Source: Spirochaetia bacterium
GTDB taxonomy: Bacteria > Spirochaetota > Spirochaetia > SP-2023
Direction of reading: 5' to 3'
NCBI GenBank assembly: GCA_965225855.1
Contig: CBDDCK010000005.1
Span: 1,632,001-1,696,000 of the forward strand
DNA length: 64,000 nucleotides
The notes below the pieces were generated by a model. That model saw nothing but the letters and a program-made list of their open reading frames with translations, did no database searches and was not told the origin of the DNA. The translations under genes were made by a program, and so were the position numbers. This document shows, one piece after another, positions 8,620-17,355 of this stretch (position 1 is its first letter; the number at the start of each line of letters is the position of its first letter).

Positions 8620-10419
8620 ATGTATAAGCACAAACTATTTTTATTGCCTGTAGCCTGGCTACTGGCCTTTATGGCCTTGGCCTGCGCCCCACCCGATGAC
8701 GATGCGCCGTCTTCTGGGCCGACTATCAATAACGCCATCTACGATGTTGGCATGGCTCTGTTAACCGTACAAGGTAATCACTTAAGTCCTACAGAAGCGC
8801 AAATCCAAACCATCAAAGTATATGGCGTAGTCTTAAATTCCTATACTGCAGATGACGATGCCACTGGGCTAAATAGTAACGGTCTTGAACAAGGTAAGTA
8901 CCGTATTAAAGGCGATGGCACAGCCATTTGGCTGAAACTTACCGACAAGCATAAAGCTACTCTTGAGGCCAAGGTGGATAGCAATGGTCTAAAAAAAGGG
9001 TTGCTTACTAGCTCTGGTGCTTGGGCGGGTTTAGATACACCTAAAGACTTGGACGTTATGAATGTACCCGATAAGCAGTCTAAAGTATCCGATGACAATC
9101 AGCCATCTAAGCAAACTGAAGAAGCTGAAGAAGCTGAACAAGTCGAACAAGCTGAAGAGGAGTCGCGTAAACTACCCGAAGCCGAAGAATCCGAAGAGGA
9201 GTCGCCTAAGCAACCTAAAGACGAACAAGTCGAACAGCAGTCGCCTGAACTACCCGAAGCCGAACAAACCGAACAAGTCGAAGATCAGCAGTCTAAGACC
9301 GAAACCGAAGAAGCTGCAATTACCCGTGCAACCTACCATGTCGGCACGGCGCTGTTAACTTTACAAGGTACTCACTTAGCTAGTGCGACCCAAGCCCAAA
9401 TCCAAACCATCACGGTAGATGGGATAGCTTTAGATTCCTATACTGCAGATGGCACAGCCACTGGGCCAGATAGTCGCAGTCTTGCAAAAGGTAAGTACCG
9501 TATTAAAGGCGATGGCACAGCGATTTGGCTTTACCTTACCGATCAACATAAAGCTACTCTAAATGGCAAGCCCGGTATGGATAGCAATGGTCTAAAAGAT
9601 GGGTTGCTTAGCGTTGGCACTGGTACTTGGGCAGGTTTAGATACAGCCAAAGCCTTAGCCGTTAGTGGACACCCACCCGCAATTACCAGTGCAACCTACA
9701 ATGCTAATACAGGCGTGTTAGTGATTACAGGTACTAATTTACCAAAAGCAGTTGCAGGCTGGGACTTTAGCAAATTGAGGTTTAGAATAAGTTATAGTTT
9801 ACACAGCTACACATTACCCCAGCACGCAACCACAGGTGCAAACAGAGCCGAAGGTTCTGCAGCAAGTGCAACAAGCTTAACGATTACTTTAAGCGGTAGG
9901 GTAAAAGCGCAAGCGGAAGCCGAGGATATGTTGTCTAGGAATGGTCTTACAGGAATTACTGGTGGTGCATACAACCTGGAAGCAGCAGCAGGCTTTGCAG
10001 GTGGTAGGGCAGCAGACACAAGCAATAACCCTATTACCGTTAGTGGCTACGCAAGCCAGATCAGCAGAGTAGACTACTATGCTGATAGAGGCGAGTTACG
10101 GCTTTATGGTGATAATTTACCGTCAACAGTTGCAGACTGGGACTTTAGCAAATTGGCGCTTGTATCCGGTGATGGTAGTAAGAGATACACATTACCCCGG
10201 CACGCAACTGCAGGTGAAAACACAGCAACAGGCAAAGTTGTATTAAAAACCGTCTTCTTCATTACTTTAAGCGGTAGTGTAAAAGCGGAAGCCAATAAGA
10301 TACTGGTTAAGAATGGTGAAAGTGATGATGCTGGTGCATACAACCTGGAAGCAGCAGCAGGATTTATAATGGGTAGTCCAGCAGACACAACCACTAGTAT
10401 TTTGGTTAGTGGTTGGTAA
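8620..10419 (+). CDS. Modular Ig-like-repeat surface lipoprotein, paralog 1 (domains A-linker-A-B-B)
   Basis: GGAGG RBS before ATG 8620; signal peptide with lipobox FMALAC; E/Q/P-rich linker; about 120-aa repeats (ITSATYNANTGVLVITG...YNLEAAAGF...NPITVSG). Confidence 0.85.
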   Translation: MYKHKLFLLPVAWLLAFMALACAPPDDDAPSSGPTINNAIYDVGMALLTVQGNHLSPTEAQIQTIKVYGVVLNSYTADDDATGLNSNGLEQGKYRIKGDGTAIWLKLTDKHKATLEAKVDSNGLKKGLLTSSGAWAGLDTPKDLDVMNVPDKQSKVSDDNQPSKQTEEAEEAEQVEQAEEESRKLPEAEESEEESPKQPKDEQVEQQSPELPEAEQTEQVEDQQSKTETEEAAITRATYHVGTALLTLQGTHLASATQAQIQTITVDGIALDSYTADGTATGPDSRSLAKGKYRIKGDGTAIWLYLTDQHKATLNGKPGMDSNGLKDGLLSVGTGTWAGLDTAKALAVSGHPPAITSATYNANTGVLVITGTNLPKAVAGWDFSKLRFRISYSLHSYTLPQHATTGANRAEGSAASATSLTITLSGRVKAQAEAEDMLSRNGLTGITGGAYNLEAAAGFAGGRAADTSNNPITVSGYASQISRVDYYADRGELRLYGDNLPSTVADWDFSKLALVSGDGSKRYTLPRHATAGENTATGKVVLKTVFFITLSGSVKAEANKILVKNGESDDAGAYNLEAAAGFIMGSPADTTTSILVSGW

Positions 10420-10446
10420 GTAGGGTTTGGTTGTTGCAACTCTTGC

Positions 10447-10500
10447 ATTGGCCTATTGCAGCCTTGGTAAGTTTTTTTATCAAGGCTGCAATAGGCCAAT
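10447..10500 (+). terminator. Long 3' hairpin (20-bp perfect stem) downstream of paralog 1
   Basis: attggcctattgcagccttg-N14-caaggctgcaataggccaat; conserved at 44513-44565. Confidence 0.7.
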
Positions 10501-10624
10501 TATAGCCTGGGTATGGAGAAAATAGCAAGTCTAGAAAAACTTTATTAAGGCTACAAACTTTTTTTAGTAATAGCTTTGCACAAACCCCTTACAATAATTA
10601 TTACCAGAACGTTGGCATAAAAAT

Positions 10625-10843
10625 TAAGAGATTCTCTTAATACCTAATAAGAGAGTCTCTTAATACCTAATAAGAGATTCTCTTAATACCTAATAAGAGA
10701 GTCTCTTAATACCTAATAAGAGATTCTCTTAATACCTAATAAGAGAGTCTCTTAATACCTAATAAGAGATTCTCTTAATACCTAATAAGAGAGTCTCTTA
10801 ATACCTAACAAGAGATTTTCTTAATACCTAACAAGAGATTTTT
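10625..10843. repeat. 23-bp palindromic tandem array (9 full units plus a partial) with 46-bp higher-order period
   Basis: TAAGAGA(T/G)TCTCTTA-ATACCTAA; the central base alternates T,G,T,G over the first 8 units. Confidence 0.97.
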
Positions 10844-11080
10844 GTAACAAGATAAACTTTGGTCAAGCCTTGCTTGCCTTTTGGGTGGGTACTATGGCTA
10901 GCAAGTCGTTTGATTTTGCGTGCGCCGTTACAATAAGTAGGAGTGCAAAAGGCTGTATATAAAGTAGGAGTTTATTCGTATAAGATTCAGGCATAAGGGA
11001 TTGTTTTCCTTGCTGTTTTTCATAAGAATAGTGGTAATAATCGTACGGCTCAATTTAGAGAATAGTTATTATATCTATAC

Positions 11081-12079
11081 TTACAGCAATTCCGCAAATC
11101 GTTGGCTGATGTATTTGGGCCAGTCAGCAGGGGCTTCTGTTTCCCAACTTTGCAGCAAACCACTGGACAAATTGATTCGGGCTAAAGCGACAGGGTAGCC
11201 TTGCTCTTGCAAGCTATGGCATACTTCCTGGAATTTCGCACCTTGCGTACCCACACCAGGAATTAATAAAGGAAATTCTTGGTTAGAAAAAATCTGGACT
11301 AGTTGATGTAGTTCGGCTAAAGACGTAGCTCCAACCACAGCTCCTAAGCCGGGAATCTGCAGCTGCTTGCGCCAATTTAGCAAAATGTCTGCTAATTTTA
11401 AATATATCGGTTTTTTTTCTGTGTCTATCTGTATGTCTTGTAAATCATGGGCACCAGGATTGGAAGTACGCAACAAACTATAGACCCCACCCTCGCCATA
11501 AGGCAATTGGCACGATAAACTACAGTTACCTTGTTGCCAACCTTTTTTTGCTAAATATCGATGTAAATCTTTTCCAAAAGGTGCAATAGAATCTGAACCC
11601 ATGTAGGGGCTAACGGTTACGGCATCACTGCCCCACAGAGCAAAACCTTCTTCTGCATAATTGGCTGAAGAACGAGCAATATCACCTTTTTTAAAATCTA
11701 AAATAATTGGAATACTTGAGAAATTCTGGCTTAGGTAGCGATACAGCCATGCCAGCAATTGGCTACCTGCGAAAGCATATTGTTCATAATATGACGATTC
11801 TATAAGCAGAGGGCGGTCTAGTGCTTGAAAATACCCCAAGTTTGGTTTAAAAGCCGCAGGAGAAAAACCTTGCTCTTGCAAACTTTGCAAAGACAACGCC
11901 AAAAAATCTTGTAGTGCAGTGCAATCTGGCAGTGGGGCTTGGTTTGGCAAAATCAATTGTTTGCGATACAGAGCAGGTAGTTTATGCCATTGTGGGTCGA
12001 GCCCCAAACAAATATTATTACCAGCTTTTTGATAGCTGTTGTAAAGTATCTTGATATAAAGGTAAGATTTATGAGGCAT
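11081..12079 (-). CDS. pyrF: Orotidine-5'-phosphate decarboxylase (type 2)
   Basis: CLGLDP, FKPNLGYF, ILDFKKGDIARS, TVSPYMGSDS, RTSNPGA, GAVVGAT, LIPGVGTQG. Confidence 0.95.
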   Translation of the reverse strand: MPHKSYLYIKILYNSYQKAGNNICLGLDPQWHKLPALYRKQLILPNQAPLPDCTALQDFLALSLQSLQEQGFSPAAFKPNLGYFQALDRPLLIESSYYEQYAFAGSQLLAWLYRYLSQNFSSIPIILDFKKGDIARSSANYAEEGFALWGSDAVTVSPYMGSDSIAPFGKDLHRYLAKKGWQQGNCSLSCQLPYGEGGVYSLLRTSNPGAHDLQDIQIDTEKKPIYLKLADILLNWRKQLQIPGLGAVVGATSLAELHQLVQIFSNQEFPLLIPGVGTQGAKFQEVCHSLQEQGYPVALARINLSSGLLQSWETEAPADWPKYISQRFAELL

Positions 12080-12084
12080 TCGCT

Positions 12085-12729
12085 TTACTGGGCGGGGTGT
12101 GTGAAAGGATTACTATGCCATTGTTTCAATTGTTGAATTTCGTCTTGGCTGAATAGCTGGTTCTTTTCCATATAGTCTAGTAGCTGGGGAAGATTTAGTA
12201 TCGTTTGGCAAGATATTCCAGCTTGGGCAAAAGCTTGTTCAGCTTTAGGGAAGGCATAGCTATATACGGCCAAACAAGCTAACACTTCCCCTCCAGCATC
12301 TTGGGCTGCTTGTATTGCTTGTAGAGAACTCTCACCAGTGGAAATTACGTCTTCAATTACAGCCACAGTACTACCTTCATAGCCACTATTTAATCCTTCT
12401 ACTTTGCGCGATAAGCCATGACTTTTTGCGCTAGTGCGTATGTATTGCATTGGCAATTCTCGTCGGTTAGCCAACAATACAGCATGGGCTATACCACCTG
12501 TGGCAACCCCAGCAATATTGCAGACTTGCTGGCCTTCGAGTAATAGTTCCAATCCTTCGGCAATAAAATTACGGGCCTTGGGGCTGGAAAGTAGTAAACG
12601 GCTATCGTTATAGATGGGCATCATGTAATTGGAGGCCCAGCGGAAAGGGAAACTCATATCTACTTTTATCGTCCCCAATTCAAGACTAATCATAAATAAC
12701 TGCTTGCGAATTTCACTTAATTTAGACAT
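12085..12729 (-). CDS. pyrE: Orotate phosphoribosyltransferase
   Basis: FRWAS...PIYNDSR, AGVATGGIAHA, VIEDVISTGES PRPP-binding loop; ATG at 12729 overlaps the end of pyrBI. Confidence 0.93.
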   Translation of the reverse strand: MSKLSEIRKQLFMISLELGTIKVDMSFPFRWASNYMMPIYNDSRLLLSSPKARNFIAEGLELLLEGQQVCNIAGVATGGIAHAVLLANRRELPMQYIRTSAKSHGLSRKVEGLNSGYEGSTVAVIEDVISTGESSLQAIQAAQDAGGEVLACLAVYSYAFPKAEQAFAQAGISCQTILNLPQLLDYMEKNQLFSQDEIQQLKQWHSNPFTHPAQ

Positions 12730-14347
12730 TCCATATCTCTTGAAAATTATGACTGGTGTGGCAGTAGATACATATAAAATTGTTATTTTGATCACCACGG
12801 CTAAACTCTGGCGTTACTCTTTCAAAGTGGGATTCATGGGAAATGCAATTTCGGTTGTAGCATCTTGTTTCTGTAAAGCCATATATACGTGTAGGTTGCA
12901 ATAACCGATACTTATTTTGTACTTGATTATTTTTTATATAGTTAATCGTAATTTTGGGGGCAATTGCAGCAAGTTTGCGTAGCTGTTCAGGGCTAAATGG
13001 GTCGATGTCAGGCAAAAAAATAAGCCCCTTGTAAACAGGCCGACCTTTAGAGCTACTGCCAACCCATTGGCCTCCACGGTATTTATCGAGTTCCATTAAT
13101 TCTGTAATCCTGCGCATATGACGGCGGATTTCTTGGGGCTGAAAGCCTCGCAAAATATGGTCGATAACCACGCCATTTTCAATAGGTCTCATTCCTTCAG
13201 AATGAATTTTGGGCTTATTCGATCTTTGAATAGATAATTCTTTGTAGAGTTTTGGTAGTTCTGTTTCTTTTTTCGATATAGGCAATAGTCCATTTGGCGC
13301 AGCTCTTCGACCTGCTATCAATGAAATAAGCACAATGCGAACAATAAAGCCATTGATACTTTGTCGTTCCCAACCGTTAAATTCTGTGGTATCGAGAAAA
13401 GATGGAATTACGGGGAATTGTTTATGCCGTGGTAGTGGATGATAAAATTTAATGGGGTAATTATATTTCTCCAAATATGGTACATGATCGAGCCGTAGGG
13501 TTATACTGTTGCGCAGTTCTTGTTCTCGGCGCAGGAGAGCTTCGTCCATTCGTTCTAGTTGTAGACGGGTAAAATACCATATTGGAGCTATATAAGCTTG
13601 CTGTAAATATTCATCTATACTGGTAAATGTTCGGATTTGAAAACTGCTTTCATTCATTGCCTGATAGTATGTATGAGGTAAACCCATTTCGCTAGGCGCA
13701 ATTAAATCGACTTCCACTTTATCAAAAATTTGCAGACCATTGGCTTTTGAATGTATGGTTCGCCCGTGCAATAAATCACCAATCAAAGCAATGTGAATCT
13801 TATCATAATTCCAATCCAAGTCTTCAAGAAAAGTAAAGTCATCATACAGTTCTTGTGTTGGATGTTCGTGCGAGCCATCTCCGCCATTGATAAATGATGG
13901 AATGAAAGGAATATTCATTCGTTTACAAAATTCTTGGCTACTTTTAGCTAGCCAGTGGCACAATCCTTCATGTTTACTGCGCACAATAAAAATTTGATTC
14001 CCGTAACCAATTAGGGTTTGAAAAGTGTCTCGAAAACTTTCAAATTTATTCAATGAAGAAGCATTGCTGATAAGGTCTACAACATTTACGCGGTGGAAAT
14101 TGGCAGCATTGCGAAACGATTCTTTTGTACGAGTGCTGTCTTCTAAAAAAACTTCATAAATGTTAAAGTTCAAGTCATTGATACGAAATTTTTCTATCGT
14201 CTGTTCGTCTTGTTTGTGCATTGCTTCTTTTAAGATTTGACTTTGTTCAAATAAATATTTTCTTTCTTCAAAATTACAGTCAGCCATTACGGAAATACTT
14301 TTTTCAAGCCAACTATTTTTTGCCTTATTTGTTGTTTTCAAATTCAA
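12722..14347 (-). CDS. pyrBI: Fused aspartate carbamoyltransferase catalytic and regulatory subunits (PyrBI)
   Basis: FLEDSTRTKESF, HEHPTQ, GDLLHGRTIHS, HPLPR, then PyrI-like IENGVVIDHI and zinc site CYNRNC...CIYC. Confidence 0.93.
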   Translation of the reverse strand: MNLKTTNKAKNSWLEKSISVMADCNFEERKYLFEQSQILKEAMHKQDEQTIEKFRINDLNFNIYEVFLEDSTRTKESFRNAANFHRVNVVDLISNASSLNKFESFRDTFQTLIGYGNQIFIVRSKHEGLCHWLAKSSQEFCKRMNIPFIPSFINGGDGSHEHPTQELYDDFTFLEDLDWNYDKIHIALIGDLLHGRTIHSKANGLQIFDKVEVDLIAPSEMGLPHTYYQAMNESSFQIRTFTSIDEYLQQAYIAPIWYFTRLQLERMDEALLRREQELRNSITLRLDHVPYLEKYNYPIKFYHPLPRHKQFPVIPSFLDTTEFNGWERQSINGFIVRIVLISLIAGRRAAPNGLLPISKKETELPKLYKELSIQRSNKPKIHSEGMRPIENGVVIDHILRGFQPQEIRRHMRRITELMELDKYRGGQWVGSSSKGRPVYKGLIFLPDIDPFSPEQLRKLAAIAPKITINYIKNNQVQNKYRLLQPTRIYGFTETRCYNRNCISHESHFERVTPEFSRGDQNNNFICIYCHTSHNFQEIWNV

Positions 14348-14574
14348 TGGAAGCCTTCCTGTTTTTCATAATTTGTCTTAGTATATAGCCCCTTCAGGAA
14401 ATAAAGGGCTGCTATTTGCAAGTTTTTTGTGCAGAAATATCTAGCATTTTCGGAAATATTTTTAGTCAACATTATGGTTTATTTAGGCATTGCCCGCAAA
14501 GGCGGCCACTTTTTTGTATTAGATTTTTTGTTGTAGTTGTTTGCTTCGATTGAGTTTCCTGAAGGGGTGGGCGA

Positions 14575-14605
14575 CCCCTTCGCTCTTAGGAGTGAGGTAG
14601 TTCAA
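14575..14605 (+). mobile_element. Possible orphan IS200/IS605-family end (subterminal hairpin followed by TAGTTCAA)
   Basis: ccttcgctc-ttag-gagtgagg hairpin followed by tagTTCAA, resembling IS608/ISDra2-type right ends; no tnpA or tnpB nearby. Confidence 0.4.
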
Positions 14606-14958
14606 ATGTTCGGCGATATTCGCAATTGCGGTTAAATTCTTTTAAAGCTTCTTCTACTAGAAAGTCATTTTCAATACCTTCTTTGGCTTCGACATGCCAA
14701 GCATATAAAAATAAAATACCGATCAATTGTATATATCTAAAGGTTTCTTCACTATAGGTTTACGCACTCGTTCTTTGTAATAATGTTGCAACCATTTTGT
14801 AAATGGTCGATCGTAGAAACTCTTTTATTATTCTCTGAATAAGAAGATATATAATTTCGCACATCGAGAAAAATATTTTCAGGGAGCCGAATTATATGTT
14901 CTTGTTCTAGTAATTTTCGGTAAATTTTTTTATATACTCGTACATTCATAAATATCAT
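14606..14958 (-). pseudogene. Degenerate AT-rich ORF of unknown family, apparently frameshifted
   Basis: 68-aa ORF 14752-14958; protein-like sequence continues in another frame (TYSEETFRYIQLIGILFLYAWHVEAKEGIENDFLVEEALKEF) and runs into the IS-like end. Confidence 0.3.
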
Positions 14959-15214
14959 CCTTTTAATGTGTTATAATTCAAAGGCGAAACTAATTTATTG
15001 ATGAAATACAAAAATATAATAAAGACAAAATTTTATTTTAATAGTAAAAGAGTTACAAGAGATTTTGCAAAATAATAAACAACAAAGTAAATACTAAAGC
15101 TCTTCGTTCTAATTTTCTTGACATAATAGAAAACTTATATCAAAATCCTATCTCATAACCTTCCTCAATAATTTTGGGGGTAGTGCAATAAACTCTAAAT
15201 AGGAGATTTCTTAT

Positions 15215-16330
15215 ATGGCAGAAGTAATCTTAAAGGATATTACTAAGGTTTATGATGGCAATGTAATGGCTGTCGAAAAATCAAATATCCGCATTGACGA
15301 TAAAGAATTTGTCGTCTTGGTTGGTCCTTCAGGCTGTGGCAAAACTACTACCTTGCGCATGGTCGCCGGGCTAGAAGAAATTACGGGTGGCGATTTGCTA
15401 ATTGATGGCAAGCGTATGAACGATGTACAACCCAAAGATCGCGATATTGCGATGGTGTTTCAAAATTACGCTCTTTATCCACACATGTCGGTCTACGATA
15501 ATATGGCATTTGGCTTGAAAATCCGCAAATTTGCTAAGGAAGAAATTGAGCGCCGTGTGCAAGAAGCAGCAGGTATTTTACATTTAAAAGAATTGCTGCA
15601 ACGTAAACCCAAAGCGTTATCTGGTGGCCAGCGCCAGCGTGTGGCTCTTGGCCGTGCAATTGTGCGCCACCCAAAAGTTTTTCTATTTGATGAGCCTTTA
15701 TCCAATTTAGATGCCAAATTGCGTGTGCAAATGCGTACAGAAATTTCTGCTTTGCACAGCCGTTTACAGGCAACCATGATCTATGTAACCCATGATCAAA
15801 TTGAGGCTATGACCATGGGTGATAAAATTGTGGTAATGAAAGATGGGCGTACCCAGCAGATTGGTAGCCCTATGGATTTATATAACAATCCTTGTAATCG
15901 CTTTGTTGCCGCATTTATTGGTTCTCCTCCGATGAATATTGTTGCTGCCAAAGTTTTAGAAGAAAACGGGCAAATTGTTGTTGATGAAGGGGGCTTGCGT
16001 TCTGAAGTTCCCGCTGATGCTGTAGATAAATTGCGCTCTTATATTGGCAAAGAAATTCTCGTAGGGTTACGGCCTGAAGATGTAAAACATGGAACCAGTG
16101 CCGATCATGGTTTTATACGGGCAAAGGCAGAAGTTATTGAACCCTTAGGCGCAGAAACACATGTTTACTTAAATACAGGCAAACACCAATTCATTGTGCG
16201 CCTAGAACCAAACGCCGAAATATCAGTGGGTGATGAGATTGTATGCACACCCATTCAGGAAAAATTACATTTCTTTGATCTGCAAACAGAATTATCTCTA
16301 GTGAATAGTGATAAATCCCCAAAGAACTAA
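15215..16330 (+). CDS. msmK: Carbohydrate ABC transporter ATPase (MsmK/MalK/UgpC family)
   Basis: GPSGCGKTT, MVFQNYALYPHM, LSGGQRQRVALGRA, FDEPLSNLDAKLR, TOBE-type C-terminus. Confidence 0.92.
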   Translation: MAEVILKDITKVYDGNVMAVEKSNIRIDDKEFVVLVGPSGCGKTTTLRMVAGLEEITGGDLLIDGKRMNDVQPKDRDIAMVFQNYALYPHMSVYDNMAFGLKIRKFAKEEIERRVQEAAGILHLKELLQRKPKALSGGQRQRVALGRAIVRHPKVFLFDEPLSNLDAKLRVQMRTEISALHSRLQATMIYVTHDQIEAMTMGDKIVVMKDGRTQQIGSPMDLYNNPCNRFVAAFIGSPPMNIVAAKVLEENGQIVVDEGGLRSEVPADAVDKLRSYIGKEILVGLRPEDVKHGTSADHGFIRAKAEVIEPLGAETHVYLNTGKHQFIVRLEPNAEISVGDEIVCTPIQEKLHFFDLQTELSLVNSDKSPKN

Positions 16331-16350
16331 TATCATATTTGTTGATGTAG

Positions 16351-16388
16351 AAAAAGCAGGAACGCTTGACACTTTCCTGCTTTTTTTG
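16351..16388 (+). terminator. Rho-independent terminator after msmK
   Basis: aaaaagcaggaa...ttcctgctttttttg. Confidence 0.8.
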
Positions 16389-16578
16389 TCACTTATATCC
16401 TATAAACCAATACAATATCATATACTATCCATTTTATAAGTTTCTATTTATTGAAATTCAAAATACATTCACATTTCTTGTTTGTTACTTATTTATAGAT
16501 GCAAAAATCCAGTAAATCTTGATGTTTTATTCTTTTTGCTTATTCTAATCAATCATCAAATTGAGGAGATTCAAAGAT

Positions 16579-16821
16579 ATGAACAAATTCTTTAAAAGCA
16601 AATTATTCATTGTTAGTTTAGTATTTATATTATTGGGAAGCGTTTTCCTATTTATACAAAATAATTACTTTGGTTATGTGGATACAGATGGCATTCTTCA
16701 CGATAGTATATTTCTACCTTTGGGTGTATTTTCTACATTAATTGGCGGTGTAATATTAGGCGTACATTCCTTAGTATATTCTATTAAAATAGTAAAATTA
16801 CGTTCCCTAAAAGTAAAATAA
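16579..16821 (+). CDS. DUF3955-like small membrane protein, copy 1
   Basis: Two TMs around GYVDTDGILHDSIFLPLG; GAGGAG RBS before ATG. Confidence 0.75.
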   Translation: MNKFFKSKLFIVSLVFILLGSVFLFIQNNYFGYVDTDGILHDSIFLPLGVFSTLIGGVILGVHSLVYSIKIVKLRSLKVK

Positions 16822-16952
16822 TTTTTATTTTTCAAAATACATTCACATTTCTTGTTTATTGATTATTTATTGACAAAAAAAAGCAAGAAAACTTGATGTT
16901 TTCATGATTTTATGTATCCTAATCAATCATCTAATTGAGGAGTTTCAAAGAT

Positions 16953-17195
16953 ATGAAAAAATTCTTTAAAAGCAAATTATTTATTGTTAGCTTTTTATTT
17001 ATGTTATTAGGAATGGTTTTTCTTTATATACAAAAGAATTTCTATGGTTATGTAGATAGCGATGGCTTTGTTCACGATAGCATATTTCTACCTTTTGGAG
17101 TATTTTCTATAATGATTGGAAGCATATTATTGGGAATACATTTGGTAATACATTCTATCAAAATAGCACGGTTGCATTTATCAAAAGTAAATTAA
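16953..17195 (+). CDS. DUF3955-like small membrane protein, copy 2 (tandem duplicate)
   Basis: GYVDSDGFVHDSIFLPFG; colinear with copy 1 including upstream DNA. Confidence 0.75.
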   Translation: MKKFFKSKLFIVSFLFMLLGMVFLYIQKNFYGYVDSDGFVHDSIFLPFGVFSIMIGSILLGIHLVIHSIKIARLHLSKVN

Positions 17196-17212
17196 CTTTT
17201 TATTTTTTCTAT

Positions 17213-17262
17213 AATACAAACCTATAAAATATCATATTCTATAAATTTTATAGGTTTGTATT
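17213..17262. terminator. 18-bp inverted repeat between the convergent DUF3955 and S8 protease genes
   Basis: aatacaaacctataaaat-N14-attttataggtttgtatt. Confidence 0.6.
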
Positions 17263-17355
17263 TATTGATATTCAAAGTACATTCATATTGATTGTTTGTT
17301 GGGTATTTTTGCTTTGATAATATGATATTTTTACATTGGTATTATCTATATTGTA

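Noticed and set aside
14386..14410. PyrR-binding loop upstream of pyrBI (minus strand cctttatttcctgaaggggct)
   Set aside because: Only a loose match to ARUCCNGNGAGGYU, with no clear terminator/antiterminator and no pyrR gene in the window.
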